A stretch of DNA of 64,000 bases, taken from a virus. This document shows positions 29,874 to 41,500 of the stretch, one piece after another. A program made the translations under genes and the position numbers. Under the pieces are notes generated by a model. It worked only from the letters and a program-made list of their open reading frames with translations, was not told where the DNA came from and made no database searches. The stretch is from positions 50,271 to 114,270 of IMG/VR virus record IMGVR_UViG_3300019757_000003. One strand, written 5' to 3'. The stretch's first letter is position 1. Each line of letters starts with the position of its first letter.

Positions 29874-30461
29874 ATGACAAAAGAACACAAGTTTGTCGAT
29901 TTAAAAGCACTTATAAAAGAACATAGTCACATAATAAATGGAGGAGTTGAAACTTTTAACTGGATTAAATTTCTTTGTGAAGTTGAAGACATACCTAGTA
30001 AGTTGGTAAAATCTAAACGAGGAAAATTCACCCTACTATATGATGCTGAAAAGACAATTGACTTAATACAAAGAGCATGTATCAGATACGAAATAAAGCC
30101 ATTAAGAAAACACTCGGTAAAAGAGTTCTATTTTGTTTATATACTTAAAATACAAGAACTTAAAGACACCTACAAAATAGGTATTTCACACGATGTGAAG
30201 CACAGATTGGAAGAAATCAATAAATGTTCCTTAGAAGTTAATTTACAGCACACTTACGAACTAGTAGAGAATATGAAGTTTTCTCTAAAGAGTCAAGCCT
30301 CAAAAGTAGAAAGAGAGATTAAATATCTTCTAAAAGACTACAAATCAACAAATATAACACTACATAAAACAGAAGTATTTACTATACCTTTACAAGATCT
30401 ACAAAAGATCCTATTTGTATTTGGTAAATACATGACAAAAAGTGGAACTAATGTTAAGTAA
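29874..30461 (+). CDS. T5orf172/GIY-YIG domain protein
   Basis: FVYILK..YKIGIS..HRL...VEREIK...KTEVF. Confidence 0.8.
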   Translation: MTKEHKFVDLKALIKEHSHIINGGVETFNWIKFLCEVEDIPSKLVKSKRGKFTLLYDAEKTIDLIQRACIRYEIKPLRKHSVKEFYFVYILKIQELKDTYKIGISHDVKHRLEEINKCSLEVNLQHTYELVENMKFSLKSQASKVEREIKYLLKDYKSTNITLHKTEVFTIPLQDLQKILFVFGKYMTKSGTNVK

Positions 30462-30489
30462 TATAATTACAGAATACAAGGAAATAATT

Positions 30490-31053
30490 ATGCTCGGAAA
30501 AGTATTTAAAAAAGGTGGAATTAATTGTATTTTTGGAGAATCTGGTCTAGGTAAAACTGTAAGTACTATTAAAGCTCTAAATGAAGACGGTATAACACCG
30601 ATTCTACTAGACTTTGATGGTAATGATAGCCAAGAGGCTAATGACTGTAAATACACCCATGTAGATGGTGTAAAGTTTGTAGCTAAATACATGATAAAAG
30701 AAGCTACTATACCTGAGAATGTTGTAATAGTGATAGATACTTGGACTTTATTTGAGCCTTACTATAATACTCATAAAGACCTATTAGACGACTTACATAA
30801 AGAGAATACTCTTATCATTGTAGCTCACAACAAGGATATAGCGACTAAGAAAGATATACCAGTTGTGCCAGAAGAACTGATAAATCACTGGGATGCAAAA
30901 TTGTACTTAAGCTTCTCTAACGGAACTAAAGGTAAAGCCGGTACTAGTACTAAGCCAGAAGTAAAAGCTATACCAAGTGGTTCTAACTTAACTGTTATGA
31001 AACTTAGAAGTTACAAAGGACCAAGGGTTATACATAATTGGATGAGAGATTAA
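30490..31053 (+). CDS. P-loop (AAA_24-like) ATPase
   Basis: IFGESGLGKT, LDFD, IVIDT, IVAH. Confidence 0.75.
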   Translation: MLGKVFKKGGINCIFGESGLGKTVSTIKALNEDGITPILLDFDGNDSQEANDCKYTHVDGVKFVAKYMIKEATIPENVVIVIDTWTLFEPYYNTHKDLLDDLHKENTLIIVAHNKDIATKKDIPVVPEELINHWDAKLYLSFSNGTKGKAGTSTKPEVKAIPSGSNLTVMKLRSYKGPRVIHNWMRD

Positions 31054-31092
31054 AAAGGAAAACAAAACTAGTAAATTAGCAAAGGAGCTAAG

Positions 31093-32415
31093 ATGAGTAA
31101 AATGTTAATTAAAACAGTGATAAAGCATAAAAGGACTGAACTAAGACTAAAAGAAGAAGAGTTGATTATCAGACAAGACAAAGAAGGTTTACCTTATATA
31201 AGATTAGAGGGGGAACAGATAGGCTCTTGGAGTACCTTTAGGAAGAGTGATAGGGCACTTAGAGAACCAGATAAAAACAAACTATTTATAAAAGTCTATA
31301 CTGAAAAACTAATACCTAGACTACAACAAGAAATTGAGAACTTAGAAGAGATTCAAGAGTTACTAATTGACGGTATCATTGATGTAGATATAGGTGAAGT
31401 AATTGAAATGAGAAATTACATCAAACAGTACACTAGGAGCTAAGATGGAAATAGAATTATATTCAAATGAGAAGCTATTATTAACTATAACTGACGAACA
31501 ATTGAGGAATGGATCTACTTTTACAGGTATCAGAGATAGTAAAGGTAAGAGACCTAACAAATATAAAATAATAAACAAGTGCACAGATTACGCTATTAAA
31601 GAGTACTTAGCCTACTCTTTATTTCATGCTTTTACTGCCAATACTGATTTAGAAGAGTTGAGATTACTAATTAAAGATTGTAATAAAGGACTAGAATGTT
31701 AGAAGCTCTTATAGAGTCAATAATATTAGTTATACTAGTCTTATGGTTTATGAAGAGCATAGTTGATGCTTTACATTTTAGAAAGATAGATAAGTTACAT
31801 AAAGAAGGTACACTGCCAGATTCTATGTATAGTTATGGAATGGAGGTAGATATGAAAACAGGTGAATCAAAAGGTACTAGAGTACCAAATTATTAAATAT
31901 AAAGGAATACAGATGACAAGAGAGAACGCATTAAAAGATTTCAAACAAGGTGTAAAAGGAGATAAGATCATAAAAACTATATACAATGATATTGATACTA
32001 GAGTTTGTGAAAACTGCCAATTCAGTAGAAGAAGTGGAGGTACAAGTTTTGAATGCTCCAAGTTTGTAAATTGGTACTTACCACTATCTTTTGGTTGTAC
32101 AGAGTTTGTAAGAGACTAATTAAGACAAAATATAAAGGAAGATAAATGACAAGAGAAGACGGTCACATAACTACTAAACATATCTGTCTACAATGTAATA
32201 GAGTAGAGTCTCATGAGTTTAAATGTTGTGAAGAATCTTATAAACTAGATAGAAGAGTTAGAGTACCTAAGAAGAGAGCTAGTAGAGCTAGATGGAAAGA
32301 ATTTTATACCTACTTATCTAAATTTAATTCAAGACTATTAGAGAAACATCCACATTTAATAATTAAATACAACCTAGATAAGACTCTTAAATGGGATAAT
32401 ACTAACTATGGTTAG
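31093..32415 (+). other. cluster of five small hypothetical CDS
   Basis: 31093-31443, 31445-31702, 31696-31896 (N-terminal TM), ~31913-32119, 32146-32415; SD sites and coupling. Confidence 0.55.
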
Positions 32416-32466
32416 AATACAACAAAAGCAGAACAAATGCTAATAGAATTTCCGAGGAGGAAGTAG

Positions 32467-32853
32467 ATGAGACCAATAGAATTTAGAGTATGGGATATAG
32501 CAAATGAGGCAATGGATTACAGAAAACCTCAACATAGTAGTTTGACCAATAGTTTTAACTATAGGTCAGAAAACCCTATAATGCAATACACTGGACTTAA
32601 AGATAAAAAGGGTACTAAGATATTTGAAGGTGACATAGTTAAACTTCAAGATTTCTCTTCCTATGAAGAAGTCTACTATAAAGGCACTATAGACTATATA
32701 CAAAGTCATTTTTCTTTTAAATACTCAAACATAAAACCATCTAAAAGATTAGGTTTAGGCACATTTTATCCTGATGGTGAGCAGAACATAGCTGTAGAGT
32801 TAGAAGTAGTAGGAAATATCTATGAACATCCAGAATTATTGGAGATTAAATGA
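32467..32853 (+). CDS. YopX family protein
   Basis: MRPIEFRVWD, MQYTGLKDKKGTKIFEGDIV, EVVGNIYEHPELL. Confidence 0.92.
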   Translation: MRPIEFRVWDIANEAMDYRKPQHSSLTNSFNYRSENPIMQYTGLKDKKGTKIFEGDIVKLQDFSSYEEVYYKGTIDYIQSHFSFKYSNIKPSKRLGLGTFYPDGEQNIAVELEVVGNIYEHPELLEIK

Positions 32854-32904
32854 ACGAAGAAACTAGGGAATATCAAATATATTGGTACTTAAAGGAGTTA
32901 GAAG

Positions 32905-34299
32905 ATGAAGAATAAACAATTAAGAGATTTAGGTATAAATACAGGAGTAGTATGTACTAGTAAAAAACAAGTAAGATCTCTTCTGTCTAAAAAGAATTAC
33001 AAACGTGTTAAGGATTGGATACAACCAATACTTGAGCAAGATAATACTATAGCAGTTTTTAGGACAACTAGTATTTTCTGTGAATCTAAGGTGGTAGGGA
33101 TAGCCTCACCTAAGTACTACGAGTATAGTACCACCAACTATAATCCAAATTATAAGAGTGCTAAGGAAGAATGCCTACTAAGAAGGCTTAGAAAGTCATT
33201 TACAGTAACTCTACCAAATGAACAGAGAAAATTAGAGAACGATTGGTCCAAAAGGCAACGGAAAGGTTTAGAATGAAAAATAAAGACAGTTGTAAGCTAT
33301 GTAGGTATAATAGAGAACTAGGAGTCTACATAAGATTAGACTACATGACGGGTATTGACTTATATGGTAGAACTAAAGAAGATGTAAAAGAAGGTATTTG
33401 TACACATAACATTAAAAGGAAACAAATGAAAGCAACAGCATATAGCTATTTAAAAGCTAAATATGGTAAAAAGATAGTTAAAAAGGTATTTAAAATACTA
33501 GAATTAGATAAGAGTAGACCAATGCCTACAGAGAATGTGAGAGGTAGTGGCAATACTACAGTAGCCGTACTAGAAGCCTGGCTGCACAAGTACACAACAA
33601 AAAGACGCACACTATTTATTGGCAGACATGAACCAGAGAACTATAAATCTAATAGCTTAGATTTTATGATGTTTGAAAGAGTTAGTGGTCAATGGGTATT
33701 TGAGCAGTTGTATAAAGACTTATCTGAAGAGTTAGACAATGAGCTTACTTAGAAATAGCATAGTTACTCCAGATGGAACAGAATTAACCTCTAAGAGTAG
33801 ACATCACTTCAATCAATACAAAGATAAGAATGGTAATACTTATGCTGTTGATGGAGGTCTGGAGTACCTTAAAAGAGTATGTGATGTACATGACTATAAA
33901 GAGACAAACTTACAAAGTTGTATGCGTATAGAAAAGCTTAGAGAAGAATTAACTTGGAGCAGTTACGGTAAAGATGGTACAGAACCTCTAAAACTTACTA
34001 AGTTTAAAGATTTATCTACTAACCATATCAATAATATAGTAAAAACTCAATACCATAGTAAGTATGTTAAAGTACTTATTAGAGAGTTAGAGTATAGAGA
34101 TAAGAACAACTTACATCTATACGAGTACAATGTTAAAGCTAAAGATTGTGTAGAAGAGTTCTATTTCTTAAATGAAGTATTCCTAGGTAGAAGTAGAGAA
34201 CAAGCTATTTACAAGGCATTTAAACATTGGAAATTAAGAGATTACAAGACATACTTTGAGTTTAAGAGAGATATGTCTTGTGTAAGAGTAGAAGAATAA
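32905..34299 (+). other. three hypothetical CDS (32905-33276, ~33273-33752, 33739-34299)
   Basis: The last has the conserved phage pattern TPDG..L.S..RH....AVDGG.EYL.R. Confidence 0.6.
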
Positions 34300-34311
34300 C
34301 AAGGAAGAGTT

Positions 34312-34330
34312 AGACTCTTACCTTGAGTCT
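34312..34330. terminator. hairpin between the convergent modules
   Basis: AGACTC-TTACCTT-GAGTCT at the strand switch. Confidence 0.55.
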
Positions 34331-35202
34331 CATACTCCCATCTGGGTAAATAAATTATTCATTGAGTTAGCTGTAAATTTTTTACCATTACGTTCTCCAA
34401 CCCATCCACCAGAAGCAGACTTGTAATATGTCCAGTCATCCTTAGGTTGTGGTACATTAGATGGATCATATATATTAGGCACAATAGGTGTGTTACCTTG
34501 AACTACAGGACTAACAGTATTAGCATTGTTTGGTGTGTAAGTTTGATGATTTCCTCCGAATCTGGATTTCCAGTGATTTAGGTAGTCTTGAACTGTACCG
34601 TTACCTCCAGGTATATTACTTCTAATATTCTTCATATTTACATTACCTCCACTAAGTATAGCTTTAGCACCACCTAACCCCTGGTTGTGAGCTAACCAAA
34701 GGTTCATATTAGTAGGTTTATACCCTGCTTTAATTAGTCCTGCTCTATTATCAGCAGTAAACCTCTTAATCATATCCTCTTGTCCCTTAGGAGTTCTAGC
34801 ATACTCTTTAGTAATACCCATTTTTTTAATCATATCAGCTTCAGTGCTAGGTATAAACTGGTACTTACCATAAGCTCCAGAGGATTTATTATAAGCATCA
34901 TACTTACCTTTAGATTCCACATTAGCTAATTGCTTGAAATACTCATCTGTGTTTACATTTGTAGGTACTCCAGTGCCAGTTGGAGTGTTTGCAGGATTAG
35001 GTACTTGTCCTGGCACAACATTGGGTTGGGTTAAACCTCGATTAAAATTTAAAGACATATTACTTTGAGGAGTAAGACCTTGAGAGTAGATTGGGACAGG
35101 TGTTCTAGTAGGTTTAGGTGTAGATACACCTTGAACACCAAGGATTTTAGCTAGTGCACCTTGTTGGTTTTCTCTAGACATATTTCGTTGTGGTTGTAAC
35201 AT
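34330..35202 (-). CDS. virion-associated lytic transglycosylase (SLT/lysozyme fold)
   Basis: ANVESKG, SGAYGKYQF..T, AHNQG; flanked by Q/P/N-rich low-complexity segments; start 35202 behind GGAG. Confidence 0.75.
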   Translation of the reverse strand: MLQPQRNMSRENQQGALAKILGVQGVSTPKPTRTPVPIYSQGLTPQSNMSLNFNRGLTQPNVVPGQVPNPANTPTGTGVPTNVNTDEYFKQLANVESKGKYDAYNKSSGAYGKYQFIPSTEADMIKKMGITKEYARTPKGQEDMIKRFTADNRAGLIKAGYKPTNMNLWLAHNQGLGGAKAILSGGNVNMKNIRSNIPGGNGTVQDYLNHWKSRFGGNHQTYTPNNANTVSPVVQGNTPIVPNIYDPSNVPQPKDDWTYYKSASGGWVGERNGKKFTANSMNNLFTQMGV

Positions 35203-35231
35203 ATGACTCCAATATAACAAATTTTAAAGAT

Positions 35232-35270
35232 ATTATAACATAAAAAATACGATTTTAAGCGTTGACTTAA
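35232..35270 (-). promoter_or_regulatory. extended -10 promoter for the SLT gene
   Basis: TTAAGT...TGTTATAAT on the minus strand. Confidence 0.6.
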
Positions 35271-35342
35271 TTAGATAACAACCAACAAACAAGGAGGATA
35301 CACAGAATAAACAAAACAAATAAAACACAAGGGTCAAAATAT

Positions 35343-35558
35343 ATGACAAACAGACGACAGACTTTCTTCAACTATACAGAAGAAGAAATTGAAGCCGAAG
35401 TAATGGCACAAGAGATACATAGAGAAGAACTAGCAAAGTATGACGAATACCGTTTAGAGGTAGACCAAGCAATGCAAGATGCTCACTATGAGAAACAAGA
35501 AGAGTACAGAATGTACCAAGAATTAGATAGAATTAGTAGATTAAAGAACCTCTACTAA
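35343..35558 (+). CDS. small acidic hypothetical protein, opposite orientation to the virion module
   Basis: 71-aa ORF whose stop abuts the stop of the convergent gene. Confidence 0.55.
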   Translation: MTNRRQTFFNYTEEEIEAEVMAQEIHREELAKYDEYRLEVDQAMQDAHYEKQEEYRMYQELDRISRLKNLY

Positions 35559-38513
35559 CTAACCAAACACCTGCCAAGGAGCAACCATATTAGGATTCCA
35601 AGGATCAAATTGAGTACTATCTCTCATACCTATTAGAGAATTACCTATATGAGCATTACCATAGTTAGTAAGTTCATTCATACCAACATAAGTAGCTCCA
35701 CCAGTAACAGCTTTAGTATAAGCTAATGACCATAACATCTTCTGTATTCTAAGAAGGAAATGTGGAAACATAAACAAACCTAGAGACTTCCATTGTTCAA
35801 TTTGTTCAGGTAAAGCATCTCTATAATCAATAAATGAACCATGAACAATCTCAGTAGCAATATCACTCATTTCTTGGGGACTTAAATTAGGTTTAGATTG
35901 CGACATTTGGTCTATTAAATGTTTATAGAGAGTCCACTTACCAATCAAATCCACCATAGTAGTAACAGCACCACCATACCTAACTAGCTCAGATTGACCA
36001 GGAGAAGCTAAGATTTCACTAATCAATTTTTGATGTTGTTTAGTATCTTTAATAGCATTAAACTTCTGGCTAAGTCTGGTAAGTTCAGATTTGAGAGTAC
36101 CATTACTAGTTACTTTAGAATCAGCATAAGTAAGTATAGAAGCTAGAGACAGTCCAGTATTGGACATAGAATCCATTATTTTTACAACTGAAGGATAATC
36201 ATCGACTTTACTAAGGAATCCATCTAAACGTCTCTGAAGACCTTCATTAGCTTCTCTATCTCCAATTAACATTTGAGTAGATAAAGTTTGATTGAAACCG
36301 TTATCCTCAGCTACTTTAAATGGGTGTACTTCAATAGTAGCGTCTACTTCATCTAGCTGAGACTTTAGAGTCTTATAAGTAGAGTCAGCTTCATCAGTAC
36401 CTTTCACCATCATACTTAACATAATTTGTTTCTGTCTTAATTGGCTAAACTCCTTATGATACCTGACAGCTTCTTTACCATACTTAGCTGCACTAGTAAG
36501 AGGTACTTGATGAATAGCTAGAATACTACCAGTAGATATAGCATCCATCATAATTTTGGTAGGATTTACTATAGCCCAATGAACAGCTTCCATAGTAACT
36601 AAATCTCGGAGTAGTTGTTCTACTTTATGAGCATATCTATTCTTATTATTAAATAGAGGTTTATTAGAATAGCCAAGCATCTGAGTCTTTAAGTCTCTGT
36701 GAACCATAGTAGCATACCTAGGTAGCTCAAGAACACTAGTAGCATTACCAAAGTTCTTATCTTTAAGAGTTCTGCCTTTATTAGTAGTAGACATATAATG
36801 TTTCTTAATCAAAGGGTAGTCTTTAATATCTAACAATGAATCAGCACTAAAGTCAAAGTTAAGGAACATAGGACTAATACCCTTTGCTAAACCTTTCTCA
36901 ACCTTATCTGCTTCAGTAGGCAAATAGACCTTAGTGGTTTGATTATCTATAATGTGTTTAATTGTAGACATAGTTTGTAGTATCTCTTCATTATGAGCAT
37001 AAGACCTATGTAATACACTAGGAGTTTCATTATCTACTTCCATCTTATCCAACATCTTCTGAGTCAATCTGAGAACGTACCGAGGTACTTTGTCATAATG
37101 TCTCACTTCGACATTGTTGGACTTCAAATCAAACTTATACTCTAAATACTGTTCATGAGATAAATGGATACCATCATCAGGAATAGTAGTATTAGATATG
37201 ATACCAGCAGTCTGACCAAAATCAGTTCTCTCTCTAATAGCTACACCAATTTGACCTTTACTATACTCTTTGATAATAGTCCATTTGTCTTCAGGTTTAA
37301 GCTTATCCACATCAGCTTGAGATAGTAAAGGTATCTTATCATAGTTCTTTTTAAAGTGTACACTTCTACCTGTTTTATTATCTAACTTATACATAGACTT
37401 ACCTCTTAAATCTACATCAATTTGACTTCCTACAGCAGAAGTAGCTTGAGATAACATAAGAAATTCATTATAAGAACCTTTAGATTTACTATCTTTCTTA
37501 AATTTAGATAAAGTATCTAATTGTTCCTTACCACCTAATTTTAATTGATGTAAAGCTACTATCTTCATAAAGTCTTGTAAATACTTACCACCAAGGTTAC
37601 TATAAACAAATCGTTCATTAACACCAGTGTCCACAATATCTGCCAAGTCTCTAGTATGGTAAAACTTAGCTAAATCTTCAGCAGACTTACCTATACCTAC
37701 CTCTATCATCTTAGTATTGGCTATACCAGATTGACTTACAAGCTCTTTAATCTGCTCATCTATAGCAGACATAGGGTCAGAACTACTTAAGGCTTTATCT
37801 AGATTCTCTTGGTCTATTAAATGAATATGTGAAAAATTGAATAAAGAAGAAATATGGTCTAGTTGTTTCTTAGTGTAGTCTTTAGTAACTTCTCTGAATA
37901 GTCGTTTAGACTTAGTGAGCATCTCTATATCTATTTCATTCCTAGCCCTAGAAGCTTTAGTTTTATCTGACAGATAAGTGCTAATTTGTTTATAGTCAAT
38001 ACCAGTCTTGAGCTTCATATATATCAAGAGTTCATTAATAAGTTCACTAGGAGTTTCTCTATCTTTAAGAGCATTTACTGCTTTGTGATAGATACCCTCA
38101 GCATTACTCATCTTATTCTTATGGAAGTCTTGAACCCAATTACTATTAACTACACCTAAAGCAGAGTTAGAAATACCTTTACCAACTCCTTTAGTCAAAT
38201 CACTACCTATAATAGCTTTAATAGGAGTAATAATACCTAAAGATATAGCTGACCTAGTAAGACTATTAGCTGTCTCAAATATACCATTAACAGGAGCTAT
38301 ATACGGAGGTTTTTGACCTTTGTACATAACATGAGATAGAGACCTATCTAAATCTGTTTTAGGTTTATTAGCCTCAGCTAGTACCTCATCATATAGTAGA
38401 TTTACTTGTTTAGTGACCTCAGAAGAAGATAACTTAGGATTATCCTTCTTTAGTTGTTTACTCATTATTTCTAGCAGTTTAACCTTATCTACATCTTTTA
38501 TACTACAGCTCAT
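35559..38513 (-). CDS. 984-aa virion protein resembling the C-terminal part of N4-type vRNAP
   Basis: C-terminal SFIDY...LGLFMFPHFLLRIQK resembles the N4 gp50 C-terminus as recalled; TAATG-coupled; single Cys at residue 3. Confidence 0.65.
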   Translation of the reverse strand: MSCSIKDVDKVKLLEIMSKQLKKDNPKLSSSEVTKQVNLLYDEVLAEANKPKTDLDRSLSHVMYKGQKPPYIAPVNGIFETANSLTRSAISLGIITPIKAIIGSDLTKGVGKGISNSALGVVNSNWVQDFHKNKMSNAEGIYHKAVNALKDRETPSELINELLIYMKLKTGIDYKQISTYLSDKTKASRARNEIDIEMLTKSKRLFREVTKDYTKKQLDHISSLFNFSHIHLIDQENLDKALSSSDPMSAIDEQIKELVSQSGIANTKMIEVGIGKSAEDLAKFYHTRDLADIVDTGVNERFVYSNLGGKYLQDFMKIVALHQLKLGGKEQLDTLSKFKKDSKSKGSYNEFLMLSQATSAVGSQIDVDLRGKSMYKLDNKTGRSVHFKKNYDKIPLLSQADVDKLKPEDKWTIIKEYSKGQIGVAIRERTDFGQTAGIISNTTIPDDGIHLSHEQYLEYKFDLKSNNVEVRHYDKVPRYVLRLTQKMLDKMEVDNETPSVLHRSYAHNEEILQTMSTIKHIIDNQTTKVYLPTEADKVEKGLAKGISPMFLNFDFSADSLLDIKDYPLIKKHYMSTTNKGRTLKDKNFGNATSVLELPRYATMVHRDLKTQMLGYSNKPLFNNKNRYAHKVEQLLRDLVTMEAVHWAIVNPTKIMMDAISTGSILAIHQVPLTSAAKYGKEAVRYHKEFSQLRQKQIMLSMMVKGTDEADSTYKTLKSQLDEVDATIEVHPFKVAEDNGFNQTLSTQMLIGDREANEGLQRRLDGFLSKVDDYPSVVKIMDSMSNTGLSLASILTYADSKVTSNGTLKSELTRLSQKFNAIKDTKQHQKLISEILASPGQSELVRYGGAVTTMVDLIGKWTLYKHLIDQMSQSKPNLSPQEMSDIATEIVHGSFIDYRDALPEQIEQWKSLGLFMFPHFLLRIQKMLWSLAYTKAVTGGATYVGMNELTNYGNAHIGNSLIGMRDSTQFDPWNPNMVAPWQVFG

Positions 38514-41500
38514 TACTCGCATCCTTCTTGTACATTTTTAATAGTAGTATACAATATTTCTTTAGTGTTCTTGGTTTGTATAGTACCTAAAGACTCTTGT
38601 TCTTGTTGGTTATCAGGTTTAGGCTTACCACCTTCTTTACTAGATTCAAATATAATATTCTCAAGAGACCTATTAAATACTTCAACAGTAATATTAGACA
38701 ACTCTTTACCTGTAATAGCTTTATAAGCACTACTAAGAATATCTTTGATAGACTTCATAAGATGTTTAACCATTCTATCAGAGAAGATACCAAGACTAGA
38801 CTCAGTTTCTTGAGTAGTTGCATTATTACTTAGATAATCCCTAAACTCTTGGTTACTCCTATATATAGCTACAAACTCAGACATAGCAGCAACTCTTTTG
38901 GAGTCATCTTCACCATTACCAAGTTCTCGATGTATGTACTCAAATCTATCATGCAAAGACTGACCTAGTATATCCCCATCTGCTGTAGTTCCTTTAGTAT
39001 CGTCTAATATGTCAGGTAATTTATTCTTAAACTTAACAAAAACACTAGATAGTACTTTAAAAGCATTACTTTGCTTAGTAGACTCCATAAAAAATTGGTT
39101 TCTAATATACTCAGCTGTAACACTATGTTGTACCTCATGGTCAATATACTTTAAGAAACTCTTAGTATCTGAAAAGGTAATATCATTGCCTACAAATATC
39201 TGCTCATCATTAGGATTAAACTTAAAAGCTTTTCCAGAGACTAAACTGTTATCTGAATTTAAAGCACTCTTAATGTTCTCAATGTAAACCTTAGTCTCTT
39301 CATCAGTATCCTCAATACTATTAAGAAAATCAGTACCCTCACTAACTTTTAGAGCTTTATCTTTCGACTTTAGAGCTTGTTGAAAATCATATATAAATGA
39401 ATTCGTATCCTTTTTAACAACCTCACCAAAGTTATTAACAATACTAGATAATTGGGCTATACTAGTAGTGTCTTTGTCAGCAAATCTCTCAGCCATAGTA
39501 TCTTGAGACACTTCTGTAGGCTTATTAGGATTGTACTTACCATCTGTGTTAGTTATCTTATTATACTCATGAAAACCTTGAGATACATCAATTACTTTAA
39601 AGTCTTGTTTACTGTACTCCTCAGAAGTGTTCTTAAGAACTAAGTCAATATTATTAGCTAAATCATAGCCTACAAGAGGTACATTAGTAACAGTCTCATC
39701 CAAGTCTTTAGCTTCTTTGTTCAGAGAAGTCATAAAATCATCAATAGCTTTAGAAGACTTTACTTGACCTCTAGTCATGCCTTTAAGGACAGTACCATCA
39801 GGACTAGTGTAGTCATACCCTATTTGACCCTTTAGTGACTCAGATGTCTCCAATTCTTTATGAGAAGGGCTACCATCATTATCCCTTTTAAGAGCAAGTT
39901 CATATGTAAACTCATTACTAGGTAATAAGGTTAAAGTCTTATCCTCTCCTACTTGCTTACCATCTTTATAGATAGAAGCTGTTAAACTAGTAATTTCCTT
40001 AGTTTTAAGAGACTTACCTGAGGTAGTAGAACTCATTACAATATAAGGTTCACCACTAGCAACTAAAGACTTTAACTCTTTATAATGTTGAGGAGAATTT
40101 TCGTACTTCTTCTTAGGTACAACAGACTTTATATCAGGAGCAAAAGAAACTACTGCTTTACGTTGTTCCTTTTGAATTCTCTCAAGAGCCTCAGATTTAG
40201 AATCCTTATCTTTACTAGCATCACTCTGTTTACCAAAATCCCGTTTCTTATATACTTTATAATTAGTAGTATCGATAGGTCCACTAGGCATCTCAGACTC
40301 TGAAGGTAATTTACCGAATATAGAGAAATCCTTATTAGCTCTCAACTCTTCAATCTTAGCTTCTTTACTTGCTAATCTCTTATCTTTATTGATAGTAATA
40401 TTTTTAATAGCTTTTTCTAGTTTACCAACCTCACTACTACCTTCGTTAATCTCCTTAACTTGCTCTAAAGTATACTCAAGTTCTATCTCCATTTCACTAA
40501 GTATGTCATAGTATTGGGCAACATCTAAAGTAGCTTCATGATAAAACTCTTTGTACTTTAAAAGAAACTCAGGAGAACCTTTAACAGCATCATGAATAGC
40601 AATAGAACCTAAACCTTTGTATATACCTTTATCTTTAAAGTACTTAAAAGTTCTCTTAAAAGCAATAAGAAGTATAGCACTATCAATAGCATGTAAAGCT
40701 ACAACAGAAGCAGAGTTCTTGTTAACATTAGACATTAACTTAGTAGGTACTACTCCAGCATCTTCAGCTATTTTAGTCATATCTTGTTCAGTAAGCATTA
40801 ACTTCTCTATTGAAAAGTTAGTATCGGGATCAATATCTCCTAGAACTTCTTCAGTAGCTTTTAGGGTTACATCTAAAGGGTTTCTCATAGATATTATATG
40901 ATTTACACCAGAGCTCCTAAGAAATGATCTAGCACTTGTAAGAACCTCATATGCCTTATCTATAGTACCTTGTACAGCATTCAAGTCAGCATTAATGTTT
41001 TTAAGACCATCACTAAAGATAGTACCAAAGTTTGCACCAACTTTGCTAGAAACCATCTTAAATGAAGCATTTGTATCTTTAACATCTTCTAATTTAATAT
41101 CTAAACTCTTAAAAACAGCTTCTGCATTAGCTTTATCAGTACCTGAACCTTTAAGATAAGCTTTCATCAAATCTATACCTATTTCTTTACCAAGACCTGC
41201 AATTAGAGACTTAATCTTTTGACCATAGGAGTTCGTCATAACTGGATACTTAGCAGTGTCCCTAATCTTTCTCTTATGATCAGGGTTGTTTATATCAAAT
41301 TCACCATCACCTTCAACATTAGCAATAAATTTAAGAATAGCTGAAGTGGCTTTATTCTTCTTTTTGATGGTAGTGTCGTTAAGATCAAGAGAGTTACGCT
41401 TATCAATAATGTTCATTACTTCTTTAATAAGAGCTAAATAAGCATCCCCACCACCTAAAGTAAGTTCATCTAGTTTATCAGACAACCTAGTAGGTCTATC

